DNA of 64,000 nt from an uncultured Candidatus Saccharibacteria bacterium (GTDB taxonomy: Bacteria; Patescibacteriota; Minisyncoccia; UBA6257; UBA9933), in NCBI GenBank assembly GCA_964642155.1, contig CAZXNT010000004.1:2040-66039 (forward strand). Direction: 5' to 3'. Made by a program: the position numbers and the translations under genes. Below the pieces are notes generated by a model. That model had not been told where the DNA came from, ran no database searches, and was given only the letters and a program-made list of their open reading frames with translations. Positions 38,567-46,484 of the stretch are shown piece after piece; positions within the stretch are counted from its first letter, which is position 1; each line of letters starts with the position of its first letter.

Positions 38567-40324
38567 CTATCGCTCGGGGGCATATTTTTTACATTTTTTA
38601 TATTCATTGTATTTATCATGAGCATCTGGTCTGCTACCATAGTCAATATTCCATTTTATCGATGGGTCAGATACAAAAGTAGCTGAATCAATTCCTTCAA
38701 TTATAAAAATTGCTGATTTTTGCCATTCATATTCTTTACCATAACAATATAGATGGTCCTTGTCAGCCGTATAAAGATCATTAATAACCCTGAATGTTTT
38801 CGGGTCAGCATCAATTTTCGTTAATGTACAACCTTCATAACAAAGAACGGCATATACACCGCGATTATCCTTAGCATATCTATCTGATAGTGCCTCAAAA
38901 TACCTTGTATCTGACCCACTAAGGGTGTCACCGAAACCACTGAAATACACTCTTCTATTATCTCTAGCAAAACTATCATTAATCACCGTGAAGGAATCGT
39001 GGTCAGCTCCGTCTAACATTTCCGCACGACTGCCGCTATATGGATCATAGTCAAAACGATAAATATTTTTTTCATCTTCAGCATAAATACTACCGAGTAT
39101 TTTGAACGTATTTCTTGTTGAAACACCCAAGGGGCAAAATCTTTCATCAGAAAGACTGCCATACTCAATACCATTTACTGAGTTTTTTATTGCCCAGTAT
39201 TCATTCAATTTAGTTACGCCGTCACTAGGGCGAGTAGGAACACAATCTCGGTTGAAGCTGGTGGTCGTAGCTAATTTAATACTCCTTATCACTTTATCAA
39301 GTTCATCTGCAAGTTTTCTCCCGTATTTCAAAGACATTGTTTCGAAACGAAATATAATAATTTTATCTTGTATCTTTACGTAGAATGAAAAAGTGCCGAA
39401 CATCTCGGATGGTTGATGGGTTAGCGTATAAGATAAACCACTATCAGTTCTTGATTCTTTACATTTTAGTTCAAAATAAAAATCAATAATCTGAACAGCA
39501 TTGTCACAATTCAAATCATCCGCTTTTATGTTTTTTATGCTTGAATCAAGATTGGAAAAGTGCTTCAAAAAGTCTGAGGAAGTGGAAGCTGAAAATATAT
39601 AAACTCTGCCTGCTCCACCAAATTCAGGCAGGTCTGAAGGTATAAGGTAGAGAATAGCTCCCGAATTCGAGGGTTCAAATTTATTTTCTCTTAATCCCCA
39701 ATCTGCCGGGTATACAAAAGAAAATCCTAATATTGTATTTTTATACAACTTGGGGGTGGCGTTTGCAGTCGCCACTGCTTGCGGTCCGTTCGATCTTGTT
39801 GGAGTTTGAAATCGCTCAACTTCGCCTTTCAGTTCGGCAATTTGTTTCGTCGCTTCCTCTTGGCCTTTCTTGCTTGCTTCAATTGCTTGCGTGATTGCCT
39901 CTTTTGCCTCATCGGGGACCTTAATTAAAATGGTGGCTAACACATCTTGATTTCTTGAGTTGTTGTCTGCAATCGAGTTGAGCAAAGTTTCCGCCTGTCC
40001 TTTGTCTTTAACTTCTTTTGATTTTTCTGTCGCTAACGCAATATTGCTTTCATAATTGGCGATAGCCGTTTTAACCCCGTCCGGATTCTTTTCTTCCGCA
40101 ATGGCTTCTATTTCAGCTAAACGCTCATCAGCATAACCTAACGCTTTCTTGGCTTTGCTTTCAGAATCAAAAGTGAAGAAAAGACCTATATTTTCAAAAG
40201 CGGTGTCAAAGAAATAGAAAAAACTTCCTGGCTTAACGCCCGCATTTGTAGCCGCGGACACTTGCACTGGTACAACAAAAGCAAGTGAGATAAGGAGTAC
40301 CGACAGTGTGGTTAGTTTTTTCAT
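38567..40324 (-). CDS. Secreted protein: DUF5667-like N-terminus, central domain, DKNYY-like repeats
   Basis: Signal peptide, AGVKPGSFFYFFD, repeated YAED.KNIY/FARDNRRVY/YAKDNRGVY/YTADKDHLY and DPKTF motifs. Confidence 0.75.
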   Translation of the reverse strand: MKKLTTLSVLLISLAFVVPVQVSAATNAGVKPGSFFYFFDTAFENIGLFFTFDSESKAKKALGYADERLAEIEAIAEEKNPDGVKTAIANYESNIALATEKSKEVKDKGQAETLLNSIADNNSRNQDVLATILIKVPDEAKEAITQAIEASKKGQEEATKQIAELKGEVERFQTPTRSNGPQAVATANATPKLYKNTILGFSFVYPADWGLRENKFEPSNSGAILYLIPSDLPEFGGAGRVYIFSASTSSDFLKHFSNLDSSIKNIKADDLNCDNAVQIIDFYFELKCKESRTDSGLSYTLTHQPSEMFGTFSFYVKIQDKIIIFRFETMSLKYGRKLADELDKVIRSIKLATTTSFNRDCVPTRPSDGVTKLNEYWAIKNSVNGIEYGSLSDERFCPLGVSTRNTFKILGSIYAEDEKNIYRFDYDPYSGSRAEMLDGADHDSFTVINDSFARDNRRVYFSGFGDTLSGSDTRYFEALSDRYAKDNRGVYAVLCYEGCTLTKIDADPKTFRVINDLYTADKDHLYCYGKEYEWQKSAIFIIEGIDSATFVSDPSIKWNIDYGSRPDAHDKYNEYKKCKKYAPER

Positions 40325-40328
40325 ATCT

Positions 40329-40550
40329 CTATTTTATAAAATAGTTAATATCTTTACTGTACATTTTCGCAAAGGTCTGAAGTTCAACAACATCAACCCT
40401 CTGCTGTCCCGATTCTACATTAGAAATATGCGATTGCGGACGCTTCAATTTCTTTGCAACCTGAACCTGTGTCAATCCCGCCTCCTCCCGAGCTTTCCGT
40501 AATCGCTCGACAAAATAAGCATATTCCTTTGTTCTTATTGACCTAGTCAT
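40329..40550 (-). CDS. XRE family HTH regulator
   Basis: LRKAREEAGLTQVQVAKKL..PQSHISNVESGQQRVD. Confidence 0.9.
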   Translation of the reverse strand: MTRSIRTKEYAYFVERLRKAREEAGLTQVQVAKKLKRPQSHISNVESGQQRVDVVELQTFAKMYSKDINYFIK

Positions 40551-40615
40551 ATATTACCATTGTCTATCTAAAGATTCAATATCCAAAGTTTAGATACTGT
40601 GGTAAACTGAATTTG

Positions 40616-40878
40616 GTAGCGGCGAAGCAAAACCAAAAATTTCCTTTCCATTTTTTGTCGGCTCCCCCCACACCCCCCGCCGAGAATCTAAAAGAAAGGA
40701 AGGAAAATTTTTGGTTTTTGCTCCCGCGACCGAAGGGAGCGGACGAGGCGCGCAGAGTTCGCTTCACCACGCGCTCCGCGCGTACGATTTTGGTCAGAGC
40801 CACCACTCACGCGGAGCGTGCGAAGTCATTGGTCTTTCCGCTCGAAAAAGGTTCGCGCAAAGTGTATAATTACAGCAC
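40616..40878. repeat. IR-X right arm
   Basis: Reverse complement of 38018-38280; carries TATAAT at 40865-40870 pointing into the recombinase. Confidence 0.92.
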
Positions 40879-40984
40879 CATAAGTAACTTGTTCGGAAAT
40901 GACTGCTCCGCGCGGCGAGTACGCCGCGCTCCGCAGGGCAAAATCCGCTTTTGTTTTCGCCGTGAAATCCCATAATTCGCCCCA
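40875..40984. repeat. IR-Y left arm (~110 bp)
   Basis: Reverse complement of 42414-42523 with about three mismatches. Confidence 0.9.
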
Positions 40985-40988
40985 GCGT

Positions 40989-42662
40989 ATGGAAACAACT
41001 CAAACCAAAACTAAATGCGTTCTCTACGCTCGCAAGAGCACCGAGGAGGACGACAAGCAAGTGATGAGCATAGACGCTCAACTTTTTGAGCTGAAAGAAT
41101 ATGCTCGTAGAGAACGCATTGAAATCGTAAAAGTATTTACGGAAGCGAAAAGCGCAAAGAAGCCCGGGCGAGACCAATTCGCCAAAATGATTGCGTATAT
41201 TGAAAGTTCTAGTGAACCGCTTGGTATTTTGGCATGGCACCCAGACCGTCTCGCCCGTAATTCTGTTGATGGCGGAAAAATTATCTATCTCATAGACATC
41301 AACAGAATTGCTTCTTTGCGCTTTCCGCAGTTTTGGTTTGAGCCAACTCCGCAAGGGAAATTCATGTTGCAAGTGGCGTTCGGACAAAGCAAGTATTTCT
41401 CGGATAACTTAGTGGAAAATGTGAAGCGCGGTATCCGCCAAAAACTCCGCCGTGGCGAATGGCTGACGCTCGCTCCTTTGGGATATGTGAATAATTACAA
41501 AACGCGGAACATTGACCCTCACCCTACATATTCCAAAGTTATCAAGCGAGCGTTTGAGGAATACGCCACCGGAAAATATACCCTTGTCGGTTTAGCGGAG
41601 TTTTTGGCGGAGCATAGCATTGTCCAAAAGAAAGGAACGTCACTTGCCAAAGTTTCCGTCGTGAAAATGCTCACGAACAGGGCATATTTGGGATTTGTAA
41701 AATTTCATGGCGAATATCACGACGGAAACTTTGAGCCGATTCTTTCCCCGACACTGTTTGAAGCAGTGCAGAAGGTTTTGAAATCCAAGCAACGACCGCG
41801 CAAACAAAAGGAGAGGTATGATTTTCCATTTACGCAGTTTGCGCGGTGCGGCGAGTGCGGCAATATGATCACGGCGCAATATGCCACTAACCGCTTCGGC
41901 ACTCGCTATACTTACTATCGTTGCACCAAGAAAAGCGGAAAGTGTAGCCAGCCGTATATTGCCGCTGACGCGCTCGCCGCTCAAGCGCAAAGACTGCTTC
42001 AATCAGTGTCGCTCCCTCTCGAAGAAATTGCGATTATGGAAAAGCAGATAAACGTATGGAAAAACGAGTCAATTTCTTTGAGAGGAGAAGTTGCCCAAAA
42101 TCTGAAATCCAAGCTTTCCGAGGCGCAGGAGAAGCTAGACCGGCTTGTGTCGCTCTATCTCGACCAAGATATCGAGCGCGACCTGTATCTCACTCGCAAA
42201 GACGCTCTCCTGCGCCAAAAAGCGAAGTTGGAGGAAAGTTTGGGAGATTTTGGGCAACAAGGAAAGAATCGGCTCGAACCCTTGTGGAGTTTCGTTTTGT
42301 CCTTGAAAGAAGCGGAAAAAGTAGCGCAAACAAAAAATTACGCCGAATGGCGCAACTTTTTCCGTTCTCTCGGCTCTAACCCCGAAATCAAGGACAAAAC
42401 GCTTTCAATCAATTGGGGCGAACTCTGGGATTTCACGGCGAAAACAAAAGCGGATTTTGCCCTGCGGAGCGCGGCGCACTCGCCGCGCGGAGCAGTCATT
42501 TCCGAACAAGTTACTTATGGTGCCCGGGGTGGGATTCGAACCCACAAACCTTTTGGGTCAAGGATTTTAAGTCCTCTGCGTAAACCGTTCCGCCACCCGG
42601 GCATATTTAAATTTCGAGGCCTGAGGCGGAATCGAACCGCCGTTATACCCAGCACCTCTTGA
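40989..42662 (+). CDS. Large serine recombinase (resolvase, recombinase and Zn-ribbon domains)
   Basis: YARKS catalytic motif, DRLARN, CGECG..YYRC Zn ribbon, coiled coil; ATG at 40989 preferred; 3' end reads through antisense tRNA-Leu. Confidence 0.93.
   Translation: METTQTKTKCVLYARKSTEEDDKQVMSIDAQLFELKEYARRERIEIVKVFTEAKSAKKPGRDQFAKMIAYIESSSEPLGILAWHPDRLARNSVDGGKIIYLIDINRIASLRFPQFWFEPTPQGKFMLQVAFGQSKYFSDNLVENVKRGIRQKLRRGEWLTLAPLGYVNNYKTRNIDPHPTYSKVIKRAFEEYATGKYTLVGLAEFLAEHSIVQKKGTSLAKVSVVKMLTNRAYLGFVKFHGEYHDGNFEPILSPTLFEAVQKVLKSKQRPRKQKERYDFPFTQFARCGECGNMITAQYATNRFGTRYTYYRCTKKSGKCSQPYIAADALAAQAQRLLQSVSLPLEEIAIMEKQINVWKNESISLRGEVAQNLKSKLSEAQEKLDRLVSLYLDQDIERDLYLTRKDALLRQKAKLEESLGDFGQQGKNRLEPLWSFVLSLKEAEKVAQTKNYAEWRNFFRSLGSNPEIKDKTLSINWGELWDFTAKTKADFALRSAAHSPRGAVISEQVTYGARGGIRTHKPFGSRILSPLRKPFRHPGIFKFRGLRRNRTAVIPSTS
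42414..42523. repeat. IR-Y right arm, overlapping the tRNA-Leu 3' end
   Basis: Ends in TGGTGC, the antisense of the tRNA 3' GCACCA. Confidence 0.9.
42518..42602 (-). tRNA. tRNA-Leu (TAA), CCA encoded
   Basis: GCCCGGG/CCCGGGC acceptor, loop CTTAAAA, variable arm. Confidence 0.92.
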
Positions 42663-42733
42663 GGCCTCGGGGAGAATCGAACTCCCGTATAAGAGTTTTG
42701 CAGACTCTCGCCTTACCACTTGGCTACGAGGCC
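42662..42733 (-). tRNA. tRNA-Cys (GCA)
   Basis: GGCCTCG/CGAGGCC acceptor, loop CTGCAAA, U discriminator. Confidence 0.92.
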
Positions 42734-42970
42734 ATATTTTCTTTTTAGTAATTCTTTTTGTTGATGGTTTTTAAGAAATTTTTCATATTTCATAGCTTCA
42801 CTTCTTGAGTTGCGTTCATAATATTCAAGTAATTTCCATGGGCGATACGCTTTTGTTGATTTTACTTTTCCTTGATTATGTAAAATAATTCTTTTTTCAA
42901 GATTTGCCGTACTGCCAATATAGATATCATTATTTTTATCGCTTTTCAAGACATAAATATAGTAATTCAT
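42713..42970 (-). CDS. Stand-alone GIY-YIG endonuclease
   Basis: YYIYVL..IYIGSTANLEKRIILHNQG..TK.YRPWKL..EA...E..LK; ATG at 42970; stop codon lies inside tRNA-Cys. Confidence 0.9.
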   Translation of the reverse strand: MNYYIYVLKSDKNNDIYIGSTANLEKRIILHNQGKVKSTKAYRPWKLLEYYERNSRSEAMKYEKFLKNHQQKELLKRKYGLVAKW

Positions 42971-43087
42971 AAGAGTTTTGTCTGGCTTCGCCAGATCTCG
43001 CGTAGCGAGACAGACCCTCGCTTTACCACTTAGCAACCAGGCCGTTGCTTAATCAATTTTAAGGTTTATAAAACTTAATTGTCAAAC

Positions 43088-44551
43088 TTACTGCCACATC
43101 AAGCGGTCGCCGGCAATAATAAAAATATCGGATTCAAATATAAGTCCGCATTCTTCATTAAGCAAAACTTCGTTGACTTCCTGTTTGTATTTTTTAAGGC
43201 TGGTTATTTTACCGAAGCCGATTTCATTATTTTCGCGCGTTATTTTCAGCTGATTGTTATTTTTAATTTTTCCCCCAATAACTTTCCCTCCAATTAATTG
43301 TTTTTTTCCTTTTTGGCTGAAAATTTTCAAAATTTCCAATTCTCCTTGAAGTGGGGGAGTTTCCAATAATTTTATTTCTTTTTGTATTATTTCAATTAAT
43401 TCGTAAATTATTTCCGAAGAAATTATTTTCACATTTTGCGCTTTTGCCAAATTTTCGGCGATTTTATTCGTTTTGACGCGAAAACCGGTAATAATGGCGT
43501 TGCTTGAGAACGCGCTTTTAATGTCGCCATCCGTTATCTCTCCAATGGATTCGTTTAAAACGTTAATTTTCACGTTTTCGCTTTTGAGCGTTTTGATTAT
43601 TTCGGACAAAGTTTCAAGCGAGCCGGAAACATCGGCTTTTAAAATTAAATTTAATTCCGGTAATCTATCCTTATTTGAAGCGATAAATTGGGTTGATGGT
43701 TTTTCTGATTCTGTTTGAATTTCCATCAAATCAATATTCCCACTGGTGAATTCTTCGCCTATTTGCGGCAATGTTTCAAATCCTAAAATTATTGCCGGTG
43801 AAGAAGGGGAGAGCGTGTCCGATTTTTCGCCTAAAAAATTTTCAAGATTTTTTATTTTTCCGCAAGCGCTGGCAGTGGCGATTCTGTCGTTGGTTTTCAA
43901 AATGCCGTTTTTAACGATGGCCGAGACGATTATTCCGCTTCGGCTGTCGGCTTTGGTCTCAATAATTATGCCGTTGGCGTTTTCATCGGGATTATAAGTT
44001 AAATTTTCCATTTCCGCGGCAAGTAAAATTAAATCAAGCAATTCATTGACGCCTTGGCCGGTCTTGGCTGAAATCGCTTGCCAGCTTATATTGCCGCCGT
44101 ATCCTTCAAGTAAAACTCCATTCGTCATTAAATCATTTTTTGTTTTTTCAATGTCGGCGTTCGGCTTGTCTATTTTATTGATGGCGACCACAAAAGGAGT
44201 TTTTGTTTCTTTAATAATTTCAATTGATTCTTTGGTTTGCGGTTTTACGCCGTCTTCGGCCGCTATCACTAAAATCGCTAGATCCGCCACTTTTGCTCCG
44301 CGGCCGCGCATTTTTGAAAACGCTTCGTGCCCCGGAGTATCTATAAAAGTGATTTTTTTGCCATTGTGTTCAATTTCATATGCGCCGATTGATTGAGTAA
44401 TGCCGCCGGCTTCTTTGGCAATAATGTTTGTTTTGCGTATAAAATCAAGCAAACTGGTTTTGCCGTGATCAACGTGCCCCATCACTACCACAATCGGCGG
44501 ACGAGAAAACGAATTTTCAATTATCTTTTTTTGGTTATTATTTTTTTCCAT
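43088..44551 (-). CDS. infB: Translation initiation factor IF-2 (short form)
   Basis: RPPIVVVMGHVDHGKT, DTPGHEAF and NKID motifs. Confidence 0.95.
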   Translation of the reverse strand: MEKNNNQKKIIENSFSRPPIVVVMGHVDHGKTSLLDFIRKTNIIAKEAGGITQSIGAYEIEHNGKKITFIDTPGHEAFSKMRGRGAKVADLAILVIAAEDGVKPQTKESIEIIKETKTPFVVAINKIDKPNADIEKTKNDLMTNGVLLEGYGGNISWQAISAKTGQGVNELLDLILLAAEMENLTYNPDENANGIIIETKADSRSGIIVSAIVKNGILKTNDRIATASACGKIKNLENFLGEKSDTLSPSSPAIILGFETLPQIGEEFTSGNIDLMEIQTESEKPSTQFIASNKDRLPELNLILKADVSGSLETLSEIIKTLKSENVKINVLNESIGEITDGDIKSAFSSNAIITGFRVKTNKIAENLAKAQNVKIISSEIIYELIEIIQKEIKLLETPPLQGELEILKIFSQKGKKQLIGGKVIGGKIKNNNQLKITRENNEIGFGKITSLKKYKQEVNEVLLNEECGLIFESDIFIIAGDRLMWQ

Positions 44552-44649
44552 CGCAATTCAAAGATTAACAGAAAAATCTTGTGAATACAAGGATTTTAAT
44601 AATAATTCTTGATTATTAATTCATTATTCATTATTCTTAGTAAGGGAAT

Positions 44650-44736
44650 GGAGGCGTGGCTGAGCGGTTGAAAGCAGCATCCTGCTAAGATGTTAGGGGA
44701 GCAATCCCCTCGAAGGTTCGAATCCTTCCGCCTCCG
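44650..44736 (+). tRNA. tRNA-Ser (GCT)
   Basis: GGAGGCG/CGCCTCC acceptor, loop CTGCTAA, long variable arm. Confidence 0.92.
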
Positions 44737-44829
44737 CCTTCGCCCGCCATAGCGGGCTTCGGCGGACACAGTCCGCCAGAGCTTTAGCGACGGCTGGACA
44801 CAGTCCGCAAGAAGTTTGCGACGGCGGGA
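44737..44829. repeat. Cluster of GC-rich hairpin repeats between tRNA-Ser and a GIY-YIG gene
   Basis: Two GGACACAGTCCGC direct repeats; CCGCCAGAGCTTTAGCGACGGC units resemble the ParB/TopA inserts. Confidence 0.8.
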
Positions 44830-44839
44830 TGATTAAGTT

Positions 44840-45076
44840 ATGTATATAGTTTATATTTTAAAATGTATTGATGGAAAATCATATACTGGTTGTACAGAAA
44901 ATTTAGAAGAAAGATTAAAACGACATAATAATGGTTATGTTCCAGCAACTGAAAATCATCGCCCTGTTAAACTTATAACACACATTGTGTTTAGTGATAA
45001 ATATAAAGCGTTTGAATTTGAAAAATATTTAAAATCTGGTTCTGGACGAGCATTTTTAAATAAACATTTATATTAG
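44840..45076 (+). CDS. Stand-alone GIY-YIG endonuclease
   Basis: YIVYIL..YTGCTENLEERLKRHNNG..AFEFEKYLKSGSGRAF. Confidence 0.9.
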   Translation: MYIVYILKCIDGKSYTGCTENLEERLKRHNNGYVPATENHRPVKLITHIVFSDKYKAFEFEKYLKSGSGRAFLNKHLY

Positions 45077-45102
45077 AAATAAATTTTTAAAATATTATCA
45101 CC

Positions 45103-45678
45103 ATGTCGATAATTGATTTAAGAAATAAAAAACCAATAAAATATTCTGAGAAAAAGAGTGAAGGCGGAAGAGGACGGGAGAAATCCGATGAAATAATCTG
45201 GCAGATTCCGGAATATGAATACCGGCCCAAAGACGTTTCTTGGTATTGGATAAGTTTGATTGCCACAATTATTTTATTTGCTTTCGCGATTTGGCAAGAA
45301 AATTTTTTATTCGCTATTTTTGTAGTGATTGCTTTTTTTGCGTTAAATTATTTAACCAATCGTTTTCCGCCCATTTGGGAAATTAAAATGAATGGAAAGG
45401 GGATATTTATCGGATTACCTAATAGCAAGAATAAAAAATTTTATTCTATTGAAAACATTGAAATTTTTGACATTCACTCTGAAATTTACGAAGATGATAA
45501 AGAGCCGGAATATAAAAAATTAATACTCAAGTTTAAGTCAAAAATGACGCCATATTTGAAAATCAATATTTATTCAAAAGATGAATTAAGAATCAAGGAA
45601 TTTCTTTTGGAATTTGCGCCGCAAGAAGAAATTTCCAAATCCTTGGTTGATTCGCTTTCTGAATTAATAGGATTTTAA
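45103..45678 (+). CDS. Hypothetical membrane protein (two TM helices plus PH-like region)
   Basis: WQIPEYEYRPK..WYW followed by a TM pair. Confidence 0.65.
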   Translation: MSIIDLRNKKPIKYSEKKSEGGRGREKSDEIIWQIPEYEYRPKDVSWYWISLIATIILFAFAIWQENFLFAIFVVIAFFALNYLTNRFPPIWEIKMNGKGIFIGLPNSKNKKFYSIENIEIFDIHSEIYEDDKEPEYKKLILKFKSKMTPYLKINIYSKDELRIKEFLLEFAPQEEISKSLVDSLSELIGF

Positions 45679-45680
45679 CC

Positions 45681-45752
45681 GCCCTCATCGTTCAACGGAT
45701 AGGACATTAGATTGCGGATCTGAAGATTGAGGTTCGATTCCTCATGAGGGCA
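45681..45752 (+). tRNA. tRNA-Arg (GCG)
   Basis: GCCCTCA/TGAGGGC acceptor; anticodon arm TTAGA-TTGCGGA-TCTGA. Confidence 0.88.
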
Positions 45753-45772
45753 TAAGGAAAGATAGTAAATAT

Positions 45773-46117
45773 ATGATTTTTTTTCACGTTTTAAAAGATA
45801 AATATTTAAGAGTGGTTTTTGTTTTGAATTTTTTGATTTTGTTTTTTTTGTCTTTAGTATCTTTTGTAAAATTAGCCGATATTTCTTCTCCTTTGATTAT
45901 TCATTTTGACGTTTATGAAGGAATTGATTTTTTTGGCGGTAAAATGGAAATTTTCGGAATTTTATTTTCCGCTTTTGTTATGATTTTAATAAATTTTTTC
46001 TTAGCAGATTTTCTTTACCATCGTCAGCGTTTTCTTTCATATATATTCAGTTTTGGAAGTTTGTGGATAACAATCTTGATTTTAATATCAATGGGTGTTA
46101 TTATTTCAATTAATTAA
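45773..46117 (+). CDS. Three-TM hypothetical membrane protein
   Basis: PLIIHF..GIDFFG loop between hydrophobic helices. Confidence 0.65.
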   Translation: MIFFHVLKDKYLRVVFVLNFLILFFLSLVSFVKLADISSPLIIHFDVYEGIDFFGGKMEIFGILFSAFVMILINFFLADFLYHRQRFLSYIFSFGSLWITILILISMGVIISIN

Positions 46118-46178
46118 GAAATAATCGCGAATAATGCGAATTTTAAGTAAATAATGCAAATAAATAAAATTTAAGATT

Positions 46179-46481
46179 ATGAAATTTTCAATTATACAAA
46201 CAGGCGGTAAGCAGTATAAAATATCGTCTGGACAAAAATTAAAAGTGGAAAAACTGGAAGCCGAAGCTGGCACTAGCTTTATTTTTGACAAGGTTTTACT
46301 CGTGGCTGACGGCGAAAACGTTAAAATCGGAACGCCTTACGTGGAGGGCGCCAAAGTTAAAGCTAAGGTTTTAAATCAAGGGAGAGATAAAAAGAAAATC
46401 GTTTTTAAATATCATTCCAAAACTCGTTATCGCAAGAAGAAAGGCCATCGGCAGTCTTTTACGGAAGTAGAAACTATATAA
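46179..46481 (+). CDS. rplU: 50S ribosomal protein L21
   Basis: IIQTGGKQYK and KKKGHRQ motifs. Confidence 0.96.
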   Translation: MKFSIIQTGGKQYKISSGQKLKVEKLEAEAGTSFIFDKVLLVADGENVKIGTPYVEGAKVKAKVLNQGRDKKKIVFKYHSKTRYRKKKGHRQSFTEVETI

Positions 46482-46484
46482 AAA

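Larger units (their letters stand above)
38018..42523. mobile_element. Large-serine-recombinase element at the 3' end of tRNA-Leu(TAA), made of two IR-bounded modules
   Basis: IR-X 38018-38280/40616-40878; IR-Y 40875-40984/42414-42523; GCAC core at all three junctions; GC-richer than flanks. Confidence 0.85.
42617..43043 (-). pseudogene. Fragmented outer tRNA-Cys enclosing a GIY-YIG gene and the intact tRNA-Cys
   Basis: 5' half 43043-42971 with a 30-bp double hairpin (42981-43010) splitting the G|CA anticodon; 3' piece 42646-42617; acceptor GGCCTGG/TCAGGCC pairs. Confidence 0.82.

Noticed and set aside
38014-40975. ORFs 38014-38277, 38090-38299, 40576-40806 and 40613-40975 as duplicated genes
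   Set aside because: They are translations of the inverted repeat arms, open on both strands, with no protein-like motifs.
42971-43036. N-terminal extension of the GIY-YIG ORF as listed in the ORF track
   Set aside because: It runs through the tRNA-Cys remnant and hairpin insert; the domain begins at ATG 42970.
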